From positions 17,520 through 81,519 of IMG/VR virus record IMGVR_UViG_3300033121_001080: a stretch of 64,000 nt of DNA; one strand, given 5' to 3'. The DNA comes from a virus. Its lineage: Duplodnaviria; Heunggongvirae; Uroviricota; Caudoviricetes. Shown here piece after piece: positions 10,931-20,394 of the stretch. The notes under the pieces are model-generated. The model saw only the letters and a program-made list of their open reading frames with translations. It had not been told where the DNA came from and ran no database searches. A program made the translations under genes and the position numbers. How positions within the stretch are numbered: position 1 is the first letter of the stretch; each line of letters starts with the position of its first letter.

Positions 10931-11511
10931 ATCTTGTTACCTCTTAAATTATAATTTCCAAATCGTATCATATACGTAAATACGGTAACTCCATTGCCAT
11001 CATAAATAGGATGGTTGTACTTTTCCGGATAAAATGCTGCCAAAACTCCTCCCGGCCCAACCAAATGTGCGCCTGCTAAAATTCCAGATTTAGTTATATA
11101 TACTCCATTTACAACTTTACCTGAGAATTCCTTGATTGTTTTGTTTAATATTTCAGAGTTTCGTTGTAAATTCTGAATCATTATAGAATCCTGAAGTGTT
11201 TCGTCTGACAAAAATGTATCAACATCATACACTCCATGAGATTCTAACGTCGATTTACTGAACTGATATTTACCGAAGTATGTTTGTTTTCCATACGTGG
11301 TAATAGCGTGTGAATTGTTACTACTTTCCAACTTAGCGATTGCCTTTAAATATTCCTCGTAATTTCCTTTGTATTTCAATTGTTTCAATGTCTTTGTTTT
11401 CTTGTGTACAACGTGAACTTCTTCTTTTTTGTTCACTGGTTCTACTAATGCTTTGATATTACACGCTAATAAAATACCTGTCAGTAACAGTACTTTATTT
11501 AATGTTTTCAT
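10927..11511 (-). CDS. lipoprotein, possible peptidoglycan-active (lysozyme/transglycosylase-like) protein
   Basis: 194 aa. Signal plus lipobox LLACN. Weak resemblance to the SLT/lysozyme Glu-Ser motif (KLESS...TYGKQTYFGKYQF). Confidence 0.35.
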   Translation of the reverse strand: MKTLNKVLLLTGILLACNIKALVEPVNKKEEVHVVHKKTKTLKQLKYKGNYEEYLKAIAKLESSNNSHAITTYGKQTYFGKYQFSKSTLESHGVYDVDTFLSDETLQDSIMIQNLQRNSEILNKTIKEFSGKVVNGVYITKSGILAGAHLVGPGGVLAAFYPEKYNHPIYDGNGVTVFTYMIRFGNYNLRGNKI

Positions 11512-12578
11512 AATAGATGTGGATGGGCCTCTATTAAACCGGACGAAGTAATTTTTACAAACTTAGCTTTCTTTCGATATTCTGCTAATGTACTTGCCCC
11601 GACATAACTCATGGACGACTTAATACCATCAGTTAGATCATCAATAATTGATTGAACCGGTCCTTTGGCTTCAATTATTTTAGATGCACCTTCTACATGC
11701 TCTGCTACTCCTTTGTGTTTAAGTTTAGTCGTTGCTGACGCCATTCCGCGATAAATTTTCATATTCTTGTTATATGGCCATTTACCTGCTACTAATGTAT
11801 CTCCCGGCGCTTCGTCAGTTCCTGCAAATAAACTACCGCACATAACGGTAGATGCTCCAGCGGCTAAAGCCTTTGCTGCATCGCCGGGGTATCTAATACC
11901 TCCATCTGATATAACCGGCACAGTTGCTACTTCCATTACATCAAAGATAGACTGTAATTGTGGTACTCCAATACCAGTTCTGATGCGAGTTTCACATACA
12001 GAACCACCTCCTACACCTACTCGGAGAGCGTCTGCTCCCCATTCCTGCAAATCTAGTGCTGCATCTGCGGTTGCAATTGATCCTGCTACAATGTCAAAGT
12101 TATATTCACCTTTGAGTTCTAGAAGCGAAGTAATTGCATTCTTAACGTATATATGATGCCCGTGTGCTACATCAATAACCAACACGTTTGCTCCTGCGGA
12201 CAGTAAAGAGCGGGCAGTTACAATGAGTTCTGAATTTCCGCCATTTGCCCCAATTGCTGCGGCGATAACTTCATTATTAATATCGGTATCTTCTTCTAAT
12301 TCATCAAAAACATTTTGCATGTATTCTTTAACTGTGGATATTGCTTGCATCTGTTCTTGAATCAATCTAAATCTATGAACGATTCCTACACCACCAGCCA
12401 TCCACATTGCGATGGCCATTTTAGAATCACATACTGTATCCATCGGGGCTGCAACCAACGGATTTTGAATCGGGAATCGTCGAGTAAACTGAGTTGCTAA
12501 TTGTATATCTGATCTTGACGAAATATCAGAATATGAAGGAACTATTTGTACATCATCAAACGTTAACGTTTCTTTCAT
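11508..12578 (-). CDS. GMP reductase / IMP dehydrogenase family protein (GuaC-like, no CBS domain)
   Basis: 356 aa. N-terminal LTFDDVQIVP. Catalytic Cys loop VGVGGGSVCETRIRTGIGVPQ. ISDGGIRYPGD...VMCGS matches the IMPDH/GMPR TIM-barrel. Confidence 0.8.
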   Translation of the reverse strand: MKETLTFDDVQIVPSYSDISSRSDIQLATQFTRRFPIQNPLVAAPMDTVCDSKMAIAMWMAGGVGIVHRFRLIQEQMQAISTVKEYMQNVFDELEEDTDINNEVIAAAIGANGGNSELIVTARSLLSAGANVLVIDVAHGHHIYVKNAITSLLELKGEYNFDIVAGSIATADAALDLQEWGADALRVGVGGGSVCETRIRTGIGVPQLQSIFDVMEVATVPVISDGGIRYPGDAAKALAAGASTVMCGSLFAGTDEAPGDTLVAGKWPYNKNMKIYRGMASATTKLKHKGVAEHVEGASKIIEAKGPVQSIIDDLTDGIKSSMSYVGASTLAEYRKKAKFVKITSSGLIEAHPHLL

Positions 12579-12584
12579 ATAACC

Positions 12585-13250
12585 TCACTTAATTGTTTCA
12601 TAAAGTGCATTTTGTTTTTCTTGACGATCTATATCTTTAAGATGAATGAGAGCGAATTCTTCTTCGGCTGGGAGTGCTGCTATTATTTTTGCTCCAACAA
12701 TGCGCTCATGAACTGCGGATTCCCACTTGATCTCCGGAGAATTTCTATATATTCGACCTTGCCAATCTGGCCACATTACTCTATCGTGTTCATCAACTTT
12801 CCATTCCCACTTAGCTATGTGTGTTGGAGTTAAACCAGTTACTTTATTAACTCTTGGAACCATGAACAAATCTACAGTTTGATTATTTTCTATAATATAA
12901 TGTAAATTTAACAATAAATTATCTGCAAGAATTTCATCAGCATCTATTTGAAATATATAATCTCCAGTACACAAACTATTTAAATAATTTTTGTGAGCCG
13001 CAAAATCTTTTTCAAATTTACGTTGTGATACTTTACAATATGATGAATTGGCAGAATGGTTTAGTATTTGTAGTTTTGATACCAATTGAAGATCGGTAGA
13101 AAAATCATCTAACACTACAATTTCATATTCTTCTTTGTCACATCTGTCGCTTCCTAATATCGTATGTCCGATGAACCAACTTAATTGAGATGATAACTTC
13201 TCAAAATATTCACCTTCATTATGTGTCGTTATTGCAAACGATATCTTCAT
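12585..13250 (-). CDS. family-2 (GT-A) glycosyltransferase-like protein
   Basis: 221 aa. N-terminal ISFAITTHNEGEYFEKL and VVLDDFSTD (DxD-type) motifs. Confidence 0.55.
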   Translation of the reverse strand: MKISFAITTHNEGEYFEKLSSQLSWFIGHTILGSDRCDKEEYEIVVLDDFSTDLQLVSKLQILNHSANSSYCKVSQRKFEKDFAAHKNYLNSLCTGDYIFQIDADEILADNLLLNLHYIIENNQTVDLFMVPRVNKVTGLTPTHIAKWEWKVDEHDRVMWPDWQGRIYRNSPEIKWESAVHERIVGAKIIAALPAEEEFALIHLKDIDRQEKQNALYETIK

Positions 13251-13287
13251 ATAACCTCTACTAATCTACATGATGTGGATTTCTTTG

Positions 13288-14166
13288 TCAATCTCTGACT
13301 CGAACTGGAGCGCCAGATAGTGGAATTGGCTGAACAACATCCGGCACTTCTGGTGGTGGAACAGTTTCTTCTACGGGTTCTGGTATTGGTTCTACGGGAA
13401 TTTCTTCGAAAACAGTTATTTCTGGTTTCTTTACGGTGTTTGATAAATGATTATACGATATTAACAGTGACAGCGCCAGTGGATCAAACACAAACACAAT
13501 AATAAGAATGAACCACTTGACGATTGTATCCAATGAAGTATTAAATGTCTTTGCCACGTACCAAAATGTACCTAACTTACCGTCTGTTGATATCTTGTTT
13601 TGATATTGTACTTTTTGGATTTCCAATGAATCTTTCTGCACTAACAGAGCAGATACTTGTTGTTGCAATACACGAACATCTTCCGATGCCTGTCTAATTG
13701 TTTTCTGTTGAGTTAAAAATCCAGATTTACCAACCAATGAATCTAATCTATTCTCTTGCTGACTTCTATATTGTTGAATTTGTTGAATTCTCGCATTATT
13801 AGCATCAATCTGGCTTGTCAATGTTTTCTGTCTCGTATCCAACAACGAAATTTCATTTTGTTGAGAATTATAACCAACTGCGGCACTTGCATATGCCGCC
13901 GACAAATAACCATATATGCCGATAGATGTTACTATACTCAATATGACAGATCCAACTAACAAATATACACGGAGCAATTTACTAACTGAATTCCAATTTC
14001 GATATATGAAAGATACTGAAACTAGTTTACCAATTTCAAGCGCGATTGCCATTGCCATGGCAGCAACTGGTGCGCCGATAAATAATTGAGATATTCCAGA
14101 TACAGAAAACCACGCAGCACATGCAGATATTAACAGACCGGATACTAAGATGACATATTTAAACAT
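13288..14166 (-). CDS. membrane protein with long coiled-coil
   Basis: 292 aa. Two N-terminal TM helices, a Q-rich coiled-coil, a C-terminal TM segment and a Pro-rich tail. Confidence 0.5.
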   Translation of the reverse strand: MFKYVILVSGLLISACAAWFSVSGISQLFIGAPVAAMAMAIALEIGKLVSVSFIYRNWNSVSKLLRVYLLVGSVILSIVTSIGIYGYLSAAYASAAVGYNSQQNEISLLDTRQKTLTSQIDANNARIQQIQQYRSQQENRLDSLVGKSGFLTQQKTIRQASEDVRVLQQQVSALLVQKDSLEIQKVQYQNKISTDGKLGTFWYVAKTFNTSLDTIVKWFILIIVFVFDPLALSLLISYNHLSNTVKKPEITVFEEIPVEPIPEPVEETVPPPEVPDVVQPIPLSGAPVRVRD

Positions 14167-14372
14167 ATTATTTTCAAGTGAAAGGGAGGCAATTGCCTCC
14201 CCTTGACTTAGATACTCCTAATTTAGTGGTGAACATCGAATAAAAATAACCTATTCGGATCACCTCCTTATGATGTGGAATGCGTCATTTTAGGGTACTC
14301 TCTGTCAAAAATGTATTAACATTAAGTTAGTATGCCGGATTAGCATACCCATATAAATATATGGAAATAATG

Positions 14373-15044
14373 TTATCGGACCATTTTTGCCCGAACATCG
14401 TCATATTCGATACAAGCTGCCATATGATCTGCCCAATGCATTATTCTGAACAAACTACAACGAAGTGGGAACGGCCCTGCTCCATACTGGATCAAGTACT
14501 TTTCATTGGATTTATCATATAATCCATCAGTCATCTTGATTGCCAAAAACTCATTTTGAGTTAGTTCAATACCATACTTCTGTAAATTGAACATGGTACA
14601 ATCTGAAGATGTGATATACTGGCGATCTTCGTTGTGCTTGAAGATTTCCAGCCTGTTGTTGCGGTGCCATTCACTGTCCTGTGGAACGTAATATGGTTCC
14701 TCTAGAGTGCCTAACTTACCAAGATCATGATGTAATGCACAAAAGACCAGTTCTTCCATTGTAAAATCAATGGTGCCACCCATCTTTTTGTACATGGATG
14801 CCATGTTTTTGGCGCAGCGAAGAACGTTGTGAATATGATCTAAGTAACCACCCTCATACGCGCAATGAAAATTAAGCTTGCCAGATGCTGGAGCTTCCTT
14901 AATTCTATCTTCAAAGTCTGCGTATAATTTAAGTAGTTTTGTAGTACGATCAGATGTTTCTCCAAATGTATCTTTGATTATCTGAATTAACGCATCGTAC
15001 TGTGCGTTGATGTGTGTTGAATCAACTGTTGATGAAAACCCCAT
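14373..15044 (-). CDS. HD-domain metal-dependent phosphohydrolase
   Basis: 223 aa. Spaced H...HD...D motifs: YLDHIHNV, FCALHHDLGK, HWADHMAA. Confidence 0.6.
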   Translation of the reverse strand: MGFSSTVDSTHINAQYDALIQIIKDTFGETSDRTTKLLKLYADFEDRIKEAPASGKLNFHCAYEGGYLDHIHNVLRCAKNMASMYKKMGGTIDFTMEELVFCALHHDLGKLGTLEEPYYVPQDSEWHRNNRLEIFKHNEDRQYITSSDCTMFNLQKYGIELTQNEFLAIKMTDGLYDKSNEKYLIQYGAGPFPLRCSLFRIMHWADHMAACIEYDDVRAKMVR

Positions 15045-15046
15045 GA

Positions 15047-15322
15047 TTACTTTTCCTCCGGAGGATTAAACGGTATTTTGATCTGGCGGGTGGGGCGAAG
15101 TACATCTTTATTTGGAACTGGAGTTGCTGCTGCAACTTGCTTAAGTTTTTCACTGAATTCTTTAGCTAATTTTTCTTGGCGGGCTTTCATTAGCTTAACA
15201 TTCCATAAATTGAGAGGAATTGCGATTGAGAATAAAACGAGTGGAACCCACCATGGGCCAACTTTAATTGCCATCCATATAATTAAGCTGAATATTACAA
15301 ATATTTCTCCTAAAAACATCAA
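15047..15322 (-). CDS. small membrane protein
   Basis: 91 aa with two predicted TM helices. Confidence 0.45.
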   Translation of the reverse strand: MMFLGEIFVIFSLIIWMAIKVGPWWVPLVLFSIAIPLNLWNVKLMKARQEKLAKEFSEKLKQVAAATPVPNKDVLRPTRQIKIPFNPPEEK

Positions 15323-15353
15323 AGACCTCCAAATGAAAACGGGAATGAATAGA

Positions 15354-15381
15354 ATCTACTCATTCCCGCTTCGTTTGTCAA
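15354..15381 (-). promoter_or_regulatory. sigma70-like promoter (minus strand), TTGACA-N16-TAGATT
   Basis: Reverse complement of 15354-15381 reads TTGACAaacgaagcgggaatggTAGATT. Sits upstream of 15047..15322. Confidence 0.55.
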
Positions 15382-15911
15382 GCCCCCAAATTTACATTGA
15401 CAGGATCAAAATATTTTGAGGTCGTCTTACTCCAAATTTCATACATCGTTGGAGTGTATGGAAGGCGCCGTAGCTTCCATCCAAGTTCGTGCAACTGCTT
15501 GTTAGCTTTCTTGTTGTTACAAGAAGTACATGCAGTAACAACGTTTTCCCACTCTGTCCTACCACCCAATTCCTGTGGGTAAACGTGGTCGATTGTCAAA
15601 ATGTTGCCTTCTGGCAACTTATCGCGGTGGCGATGACAATACTGACATGTGTGGTTGTCACGGATAAACATATGACGCTTATTCCACTTAGCAGGAGTTC
15701 TGTGAGTTGGCTTGACCTTGACGTAACTCTTAAGAACAATCTGGACCGGCACATCCCAAGTTTGTGTAGCAGAGCGAATACGCTCTGTAGGATGCGCTTC
15801 CAAAATCGTAGCCTTGCCCTTAAAGACGGTCAAGAGTGCCTGTATTACAGGGACTATAGATAATGGTTCATATGTTGAATTCAAAACTACGCATCTTACT
15901 CTCTGCCACAT
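15378..15911 (-). CDS. HNH endonuclease
   Basis: 177 aa. CQYCHRH...LTIDHVYP...N...CTSCNNKK (HNH/McrA-type). Confidence 0.8.
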   Translation of the reverse strand: MWQRVRCVVLNSTYEPLSIVPVIQALLTVFKGKATILEAHPTERIRSATQTWDVPVQIVLKSYVKVKPTHRTPAKWNKRHMFIRDNHTCQYCHRHRDKLPEGNILTIDHVYPQELGGRTEWENVVTACTSCNNKKANKQLHELGWKLRRLPYTPTMYEIWSKTTSKYFDPVNVNLGA

Positions 15912-15921
15912 AACGGTTCTC

Positions 15922-16365
15922 CTATTTTGTTAGTATATTTACATTGTGCCGCTTTATTAGTTTATTGCAACGTTCTGCGATTTCGTATTCTTCACGTTGA
16001 GTGAAATATGTTCTTAAATCTACCAACGTTTTTTCATAGTTCTGTTTATCTATCTTTGCCACTGTTTTGGTGCGCCCGATTCGAAATAATTCAACGGCGT
16101 CCCAATTATACTTAACTGCTTTTGTTAACTCGTTCAAAATGTATTTGAATACATACATTTTGTTATCTTCTGCGTTTACAAAGTTTTCAAACGTTGCCAA
16201 TGAATCTGTTGGTACGATGACCATTGGAGTTCCATTGTTGGTTTTTTCAACTTCTCTCGGTGCTTCTGGAGAGGCCGGTTGAAGATTACCGCCTATTTTT
16301 ATAATCGGTGCTTCTTTCTGTTTCTTCGGAAAAAGCAGCGAAAAGAATTCAAAAATTCCAAACAT
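15922..16365 (-). CDS. hypothetical protein
   Basis: 147-aa ORF. Confidence 0.45.
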   Translation of the reverse strand: MFGIFEFFSLLFPKKQKEAPIIKIGGNLQPASPEAPREVEKTNNGTPMVIVPTDSLATFENFVNAEDNKMYVFKYILNELTKAVKYNWDAVELFRIGRTKTVAKIDKQNYEKTLVDLRTYFTQREEYEIAERCNKLIKRHNVNILTK

Positions 16366-16662
16366 TTATGATACCTCTTTTCCAAAAGCGTATTTCTTTC
16401 CAGATGGAGAAACGTATTCTGCTCTTAAATGCCATCCTCGCGGACGCTTTTCATCAGGAATAGGCTTTGTTGTGGTTTCGGGTGGAGCAACCATTTTAGC
16501 AACACATGATGAACATGTAACAGCTTCTACATCTGGTCCAACTTCTACTAAATTATCCGAACATACTTTACACAAGAGTTCTTTATTTGGCGAATTTTTA
16601 TACTTCGTCGATAACTCCATCTCGCGTTTTGTCGGCATTCTTCGTTTCATTATCGATGACAT
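16366..16662 (-). CDS. hypothetical Zn-ribbon protein
   Basis: 98 aa. CKVCSD...CSSC. Confidence 0.4.
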   Translation of the reverse strand: MSSIMKRRMPTKREMELSTKYKNSPNKELLCKVCSDNLVEVGPDVEAVTCSSCVAKMVAPPETTTKPIPDEKRPRGWHLRAEYVSPSGKKYAFGKEVS

Positions 16663-16873
16663 TTTTTCTTATCTTTCTTTTCTGTATAAGCCACATTATT
16701 ATTGCAGCTTCATAATATTTTCTATCAATTGGTGCCAATCTCTTAGAAAATAGTTTAACATATCGTTTTGCTATTGTCAATTGTTCAATCGTAACGCAAC
16801 TTCCTATAACCAAAACAACCTTCTTATATATATCTTCTGCTGTTGCGTATGTTGCATTCATTGACCTCTCCAA
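16598..16873 (-). CDS. hypothetical protein
   Basis: 91-aa ORF. Overlaps its neighbour, so the start is uncertain. Confidence 0.35.
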   Translation of the reverse strand: MERSMNATYATAEDIYKKVVLVIGSCVTIEQLTIAKRYVKLFSKRLAPIDRKYYEAAIIMWLIQKRKIRKNVIDNETKNADKTRDGVIDEV

Positions 16874-16876
16874 AAA

Positions 16877-17170
16877 TTATTTGGAGGACTTACGACTATT
16901 CCTCCATTCGTAATATTCGTTGACAATATCCAGTAACTTAATATGTACAGACCTCTCCATCAATAATTCTTCCTTCGTTTTTTCTAAAGCTACCAATTCT
17001 GCGTCAATAACAGCAATTTCATTTGCTGCATGACACTCAACAGAATTGATAATGTTGACTTTTGTAGTAGGCTTAATCATACTATTCGGGTCAGGTTTGG
17101 TTGTTTTAAATGTAACTTCCTTTTCCACTGGCCTACTCTTTTCACTAGTGAACATTTCTAGAAAATTCAT
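16877..17170 (-). CDS. hypothetical protein
   Basis: 97-aa ORF. Confidence 0.4.
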   Translation of the reverse strand: MNFLEMFTSEKSRPVEKEVTFKTTKPDPNSMIKPTTKVNIINSVECHAANEIAVIDAELVALEKTKEELLMERSVHIKLLDIVNEYYEWRNSRKSSK

Positions 17171-17477
17171 ATATCCTCAAGGTTAAGTTAAACTTACTAC
17201 TATGGACTAGGAGGGAGTTGAACCCTCGTCCGAGACACACTACTAAAATATGCTTCTACACGGTTAGAGAATTTTTTAAGTTATCGATAATGCGAAGGAA
17301 TATTCTCAACCCGCACATTGTCTATCTGTTGTGGCCAATGTAAATCCACAGAAACGATTTACATTCATTCTTCACTTGATCGCTACAGGAGAGTGTGAAT
17401 TATCTCCAGAGGACTTGCTAATTACGCAGCAAGAGCGAGAGGTGCGTTTGCACTTAAAACTTTAAAACTGGTCGTGG
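17171..17477 (-). ncRNA. candidate small stable RNA / structured leader with tRNA-like T-arm minihelix
   Basis: 307-bp gap with no ORF. Contains GGAC-GAGGG-TTCAACT-CCCTC-CTAGTCC (a T-arm plus acceptor-like helix) on the minus strand. Confidence 0.25.
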
Positions 17478-17774
17478 TCAGTTTCCAACCATCCGTGCTA
17501 CAATATTTTTTCGTACTCCCGTCGAATCCGGTCTAGCCCGTTTATTCTTATTACGTTCTACTTGTTCTCTAACACACTTATCTACATGACTCTTAATTCT
17601 TTGAACTTTAGGTAAATGCTCCATAACAGTCAATTCATGGAGACTTGTTGGCTCAAAATGGATTTTGCAAATTGGGCATGACATATCCAACATGTCATTG
17701 TCATCAATATCTTCAATATTTGGAACTTTCATATTTGGTATATCTTTCCATGGAGTGTATGTTTCAAACTTCAT
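17478..17774 (-). CDS. hypothetical Zn-finger protein
   Basis: 98 aa. MSCPICKIHF. Confidence 0.45.
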   Translation of the reverse strand: MKFETYTPWKDIPNMKVPNIEDIDDNDMLDMSCPICKIHFEPTSLHELTVMEHLPKVQRIKSHVDKCVREQVERNKNKRARPDSTGVRKNIVARMVGN

Positions 17775-17804
17775 TACTCAATCTACCAATTGTAAAGAGT
17801 TTTG

Positions 17805-18161
17805 TCAAGAGACAACATCCTTCATTATTTCCTGAATTAATTCCGCAGTTTTTGTCGGTGCTTCAACAATTGGAGCCGGGGCCTCTACCATCGGCTCTCC
17901 CTTTGTTTTGACAATTCCCGCCGCTACCATTTCATTTACTGCACTGATCAAATCGGCGTCAGATCTATTTTTATCATATCTAAGACGATGTTCTAGATTC
18001 CGGTAATATGAAATAATATCTTCCATATTCAACCAGCGACCACTAGGGATCGCTCTTAACACATCTCCAAAACGAACAGAAATATCATGAAACGATGCTC
18101 TAGATATTTCTGCTTTCAGTAACCCATTTGATTGATATAAATCTAGTGTATATTTCATCAT
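17805..18161 (-). CDS. hypothetical protein
   Basis: 118 aa. Confidence 0.45.
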   Translation of the reverse strand: MMKYTLDLYQSNGLLKAEISRASFHDISVRFGDVLRAIPSGRWLNMEDIISYYRNLEHRLRYDKNRSDADLISAVNEMVAAGIVKTKGEPMVEAPAPIVEAPTKTAELIQEIMKDVVS

Positions 18162-18607
18162 TACTCTTTGAAAATGCGTCGTGAAACTTGGTATTCCAAT
18201 TCATAAAATAATTCTTGAACTGTTGGGTACATCCATTCTTGATACATTGCAAAATCACTTAGTACACTACATAAAACTACAACACATGCCAAAATTCTAG
18301 AATTATATTTACCATATTTGATGGCATCATTGTAAGTCCATTTAATTTCACCCACACTAAATGCCGCTTTTAATCCACGCCATAGTTGTTGTCTAATGTA
18401 TGGAGTTGGCTCTGCATCATATATTCTAACGCGACATCTTTTGCATTTATATAACCAACAAAAAAGATAATGACCGTCATAATCATGATGATGCCAATGA
18501 CCAATTGGTACATGATTAGGATTTTCTTTCCAATCATGACCTTTAAGAGAACATACAACTTCTCTCAAGAATCTGTGATGCCATTTTAATTTTTTATTCA
18601 TTCTCAA
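18161..18607 (-). CDS. hypothetical Cys/His-rich protein
   Basis: 148 aa. HWHHHDYDGH...CKRCRV. Confidence 0.45.
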   Translation of the reverse strand: MRMNKKLKWHHRFLREVVCSLKGHDWKENPNHVPIGHWHHHDYDGHYLFCWLYKCKRCRVRIYDAEPTPYIRQQLWRGLKAAFSVGEIKWTYNDAIKYGKYNSRILACVVVLCSVLSDFAMYQEWMYPTVQELFYELEYQVSRRIFKE

Positions 18608-18915
18608 TCGCTCACTCGTTTATTTACGAGTTTATCCAAAAAGGCGTCAGTTTTACGTTCAGCATCTCTATAAGATAAAGACTTTTTAAGTAATTCTCTA
18701 ATCTTCTTAAGAGATAAAGTTTTAGAGTTTGTACTAATAATATAATCTAAAAAAGTATCAACTTCATTACGAATAGCTAATTTTTTATAATAGTGTTCAG
18801 CAACTCTATCTTCATTATATTTCTGTTGCCATTCGCATCCATCACATTGATAACGGTCATATTCACCGTCATTACAAGTATGTTTTGGTTGTGGTTTAGT
18901 AATATCGATGGTCAT
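18604..18915 (-). CDS. hypothetical Cys-rich protein
   Basis: 103 aa. CNDGEYDRYQCDGCEW. Confidence 0.45.
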   Translation of the reverse strand: MTIDITKPQPKHTCNDGEYDRYQCDGCEWQQKYNEDRVAEHYYKKLAIRNEVDTFLDYIISTNSKTLSLKKIRELLKKSLSYRDAERKTDAFLDKLVNKRVSD

Positions 18916-19118
18916 ATATTATCTGCCTTTAAATAAAGCACCGATCATTACTAAAAATCCAGCTATAGCAATATACAATCCATTTGGATTGCCATGAACA
19001 TGTTTAACAAGTCCAAACACTACTACGCCAAATCCTAGTGAGTATATTAATCCCCACAATTCTTCTCTTGATGGCTTCCACATATAACAACCTTTCTAAT
19101 AAAGTTTTAGTAACTAAT

Positions 19119-19175
19119 AGTGGGATGCTTGTTGCCCATTTCGGGACCGGGCTTGCCCTAAAATCAGTTACTAAA
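19119..19175. repeat. GGGAT-N5-TTGCCC double-box repeat element, copy A
   Basis: agtGGGATgcttgTTGCCCatttcGGGACcgggcTTGCCCtaaaatcagttactaaa. Lies immediately 3' of tRNA-Ser(GGA). Confidence 0.6.
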
Positions 19176-19262
19176 CGGAATCGGAGAGATTCGAACTCTC
19201 GGTACCTTTAACAGTACACTTGATTTCCAATCAAGCGCGTTAGACCACTCTGCCACGATTCC
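19176..19262 (-). tRNA. tRNA-Ser (anticodon GGA)
   Basis: Minus-strand cloverleaf. Acceptor GGAATCG/CGATTCC, anticodon loop TTGGAAA, long variable arm, T-loop TTCGAAT. Confidence 0.8.
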
Positions 19263-19371
19263 AAACCGAGCCACCTACACCACTTCAGCGAGAAGTTTTC
19301 ATTAACTGTGTAACTTACGGTCCCAAGGCGGAAACTGCACACTTCCGGTCGTTAATGAGGCTCGAAGGATT

Positions 19372-19740
19372 TTACGGTTGAACTGGTCTATATATCCATT
19401 CATTACTTGGTTTATAGACCATTTCGTACACAACATCTGGATCGACATTATAAATATTAATGAAAACATTCAGCACAATTTCTTGACACAATACATGAAT
19501 TATTTCAGTTATTGCATCTACACCATTATATGGTGGCATTTTCTCGATTTCTTCCCAATTCAGCCATGGCACTTTTAAATTCGTCGGCTGACCGTTATGA
19601 TTGATCATGAATCTTCTGCAATAAATGTATCCATCAGGATTTTCGGGCATAGGACTGACAAATAAATCTAAATCTAGATTCCAATTTTCGAATATTTTGT
19701 TCCTAATTGCTTCTAGATATTGATTTTCTTTGTCAGTCAT
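19372..19740 (-). CDS. hypothetical protein
   Basis: 122 aa. Confidence 0.45.
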   Translation of the reverse strand: MTDKENQYLEAIRNKIFENWNLDLDLFVSPMPENPDGYIYCRRFMINHNGQPTNLKVPWLNWEEIEKMPPYNGVDAITEIIHVLCQEIVLNVFINIYNVDPDVVYEMVYKPSNEWIYRPVQP

Positions 19741-19764
19741 ATACCCTCAACTTATTTATAAATA

Positions 19765-20109
19765 TCAGCTTACAGGCTGTTTATACTTCGTATGATACTC
19801 CAACTTCGATAATACTCTTAGTTCGTTCATTTGATGGAGAATAGACTTAGTAGATATGACGGCGCTTTGATATTCTCTAGCACCAGACGTATAATACTTT
19901 CCCCACGTTGTTACCACCTCTGTCACTTCATGCGGCTTACGAATTTCCTTCTTATAAGCCTTCTGACGTTCTGTGAGAATTTTAAGAGTTTCTCTCCAAT
20001 TAATCACAAATTTCTTGTAATCATCTAGAGACTGCATTGATTCAAACTGAGTCTTAATTGTTCGAAACATTTTATAATTTTCGCTGTACTGCTCTGAAAT
20101 TGTTGACAT
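19765..20109 (-). CDS. hypothetical protein
   Basis: 114 aa. Confidence 0.45.
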   Translation of the reverse strand: MSTISEQYSENYKMFRTIKTQFESMQSLDDYKKFVINWRETLKILTERQKAYKKEIRKPHEVTEVVTTWGKYYTSGAREYQSAVISTKSILHQMNELRVLSKLEYHTKYKQPVS

Positions 20110-20240
20110 ATAATATACTCCATTAAAGTTTAGGTTAGTTTTACTGCATTTACTACATTAACTTAACATTAATGAATATATTATGGTGGTTTATGAATAA
20201 ACTATGACATATTTATCTCCTTTTCATTTAATTTTTATCA

Positions 20241-20313
20241 TGCTAACGGCGAGAATTGAACTCGCTTCACAAGTTTTAGAGACTCAGGCACAGAACCATT
20301 ATACCACGTTAGC
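20241..20313 (-). tRNA. tRNA with anticodon CUA (amber-suppressor type; Thr-tRNA paralog)
   Basis: Perfect 7-bp acceptor GCTAACG/CGTTAGC. T-arm GCGAG-TTCAATT-CTCGC. Anticodon stem TGAGT/ACTTG with loop C-U-CUA-A-A. D- and T-arms are near-identical to tRNA-Thr(GGT) at 22540. Confidence 0.55.
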
Positions 20314-20332
20314 TTAACACCATCTCCTCGAA

Positions 20333-20394
20333 AGGAATTGAACCTTCATTATCCACGTTAGGACCGTGGTGCCTTTCCATTAGACTACGAGGAG
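20333..20394 (-). tRNA. tRNA-Arg (anticodon CCT)
   Basis: Acceptor CTCCTCG/CGAGGAG. Anticodon stem CCACG/CGTGG, loop GTCCTAA. T-loop TTCAATT. Confidence 0.7.
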
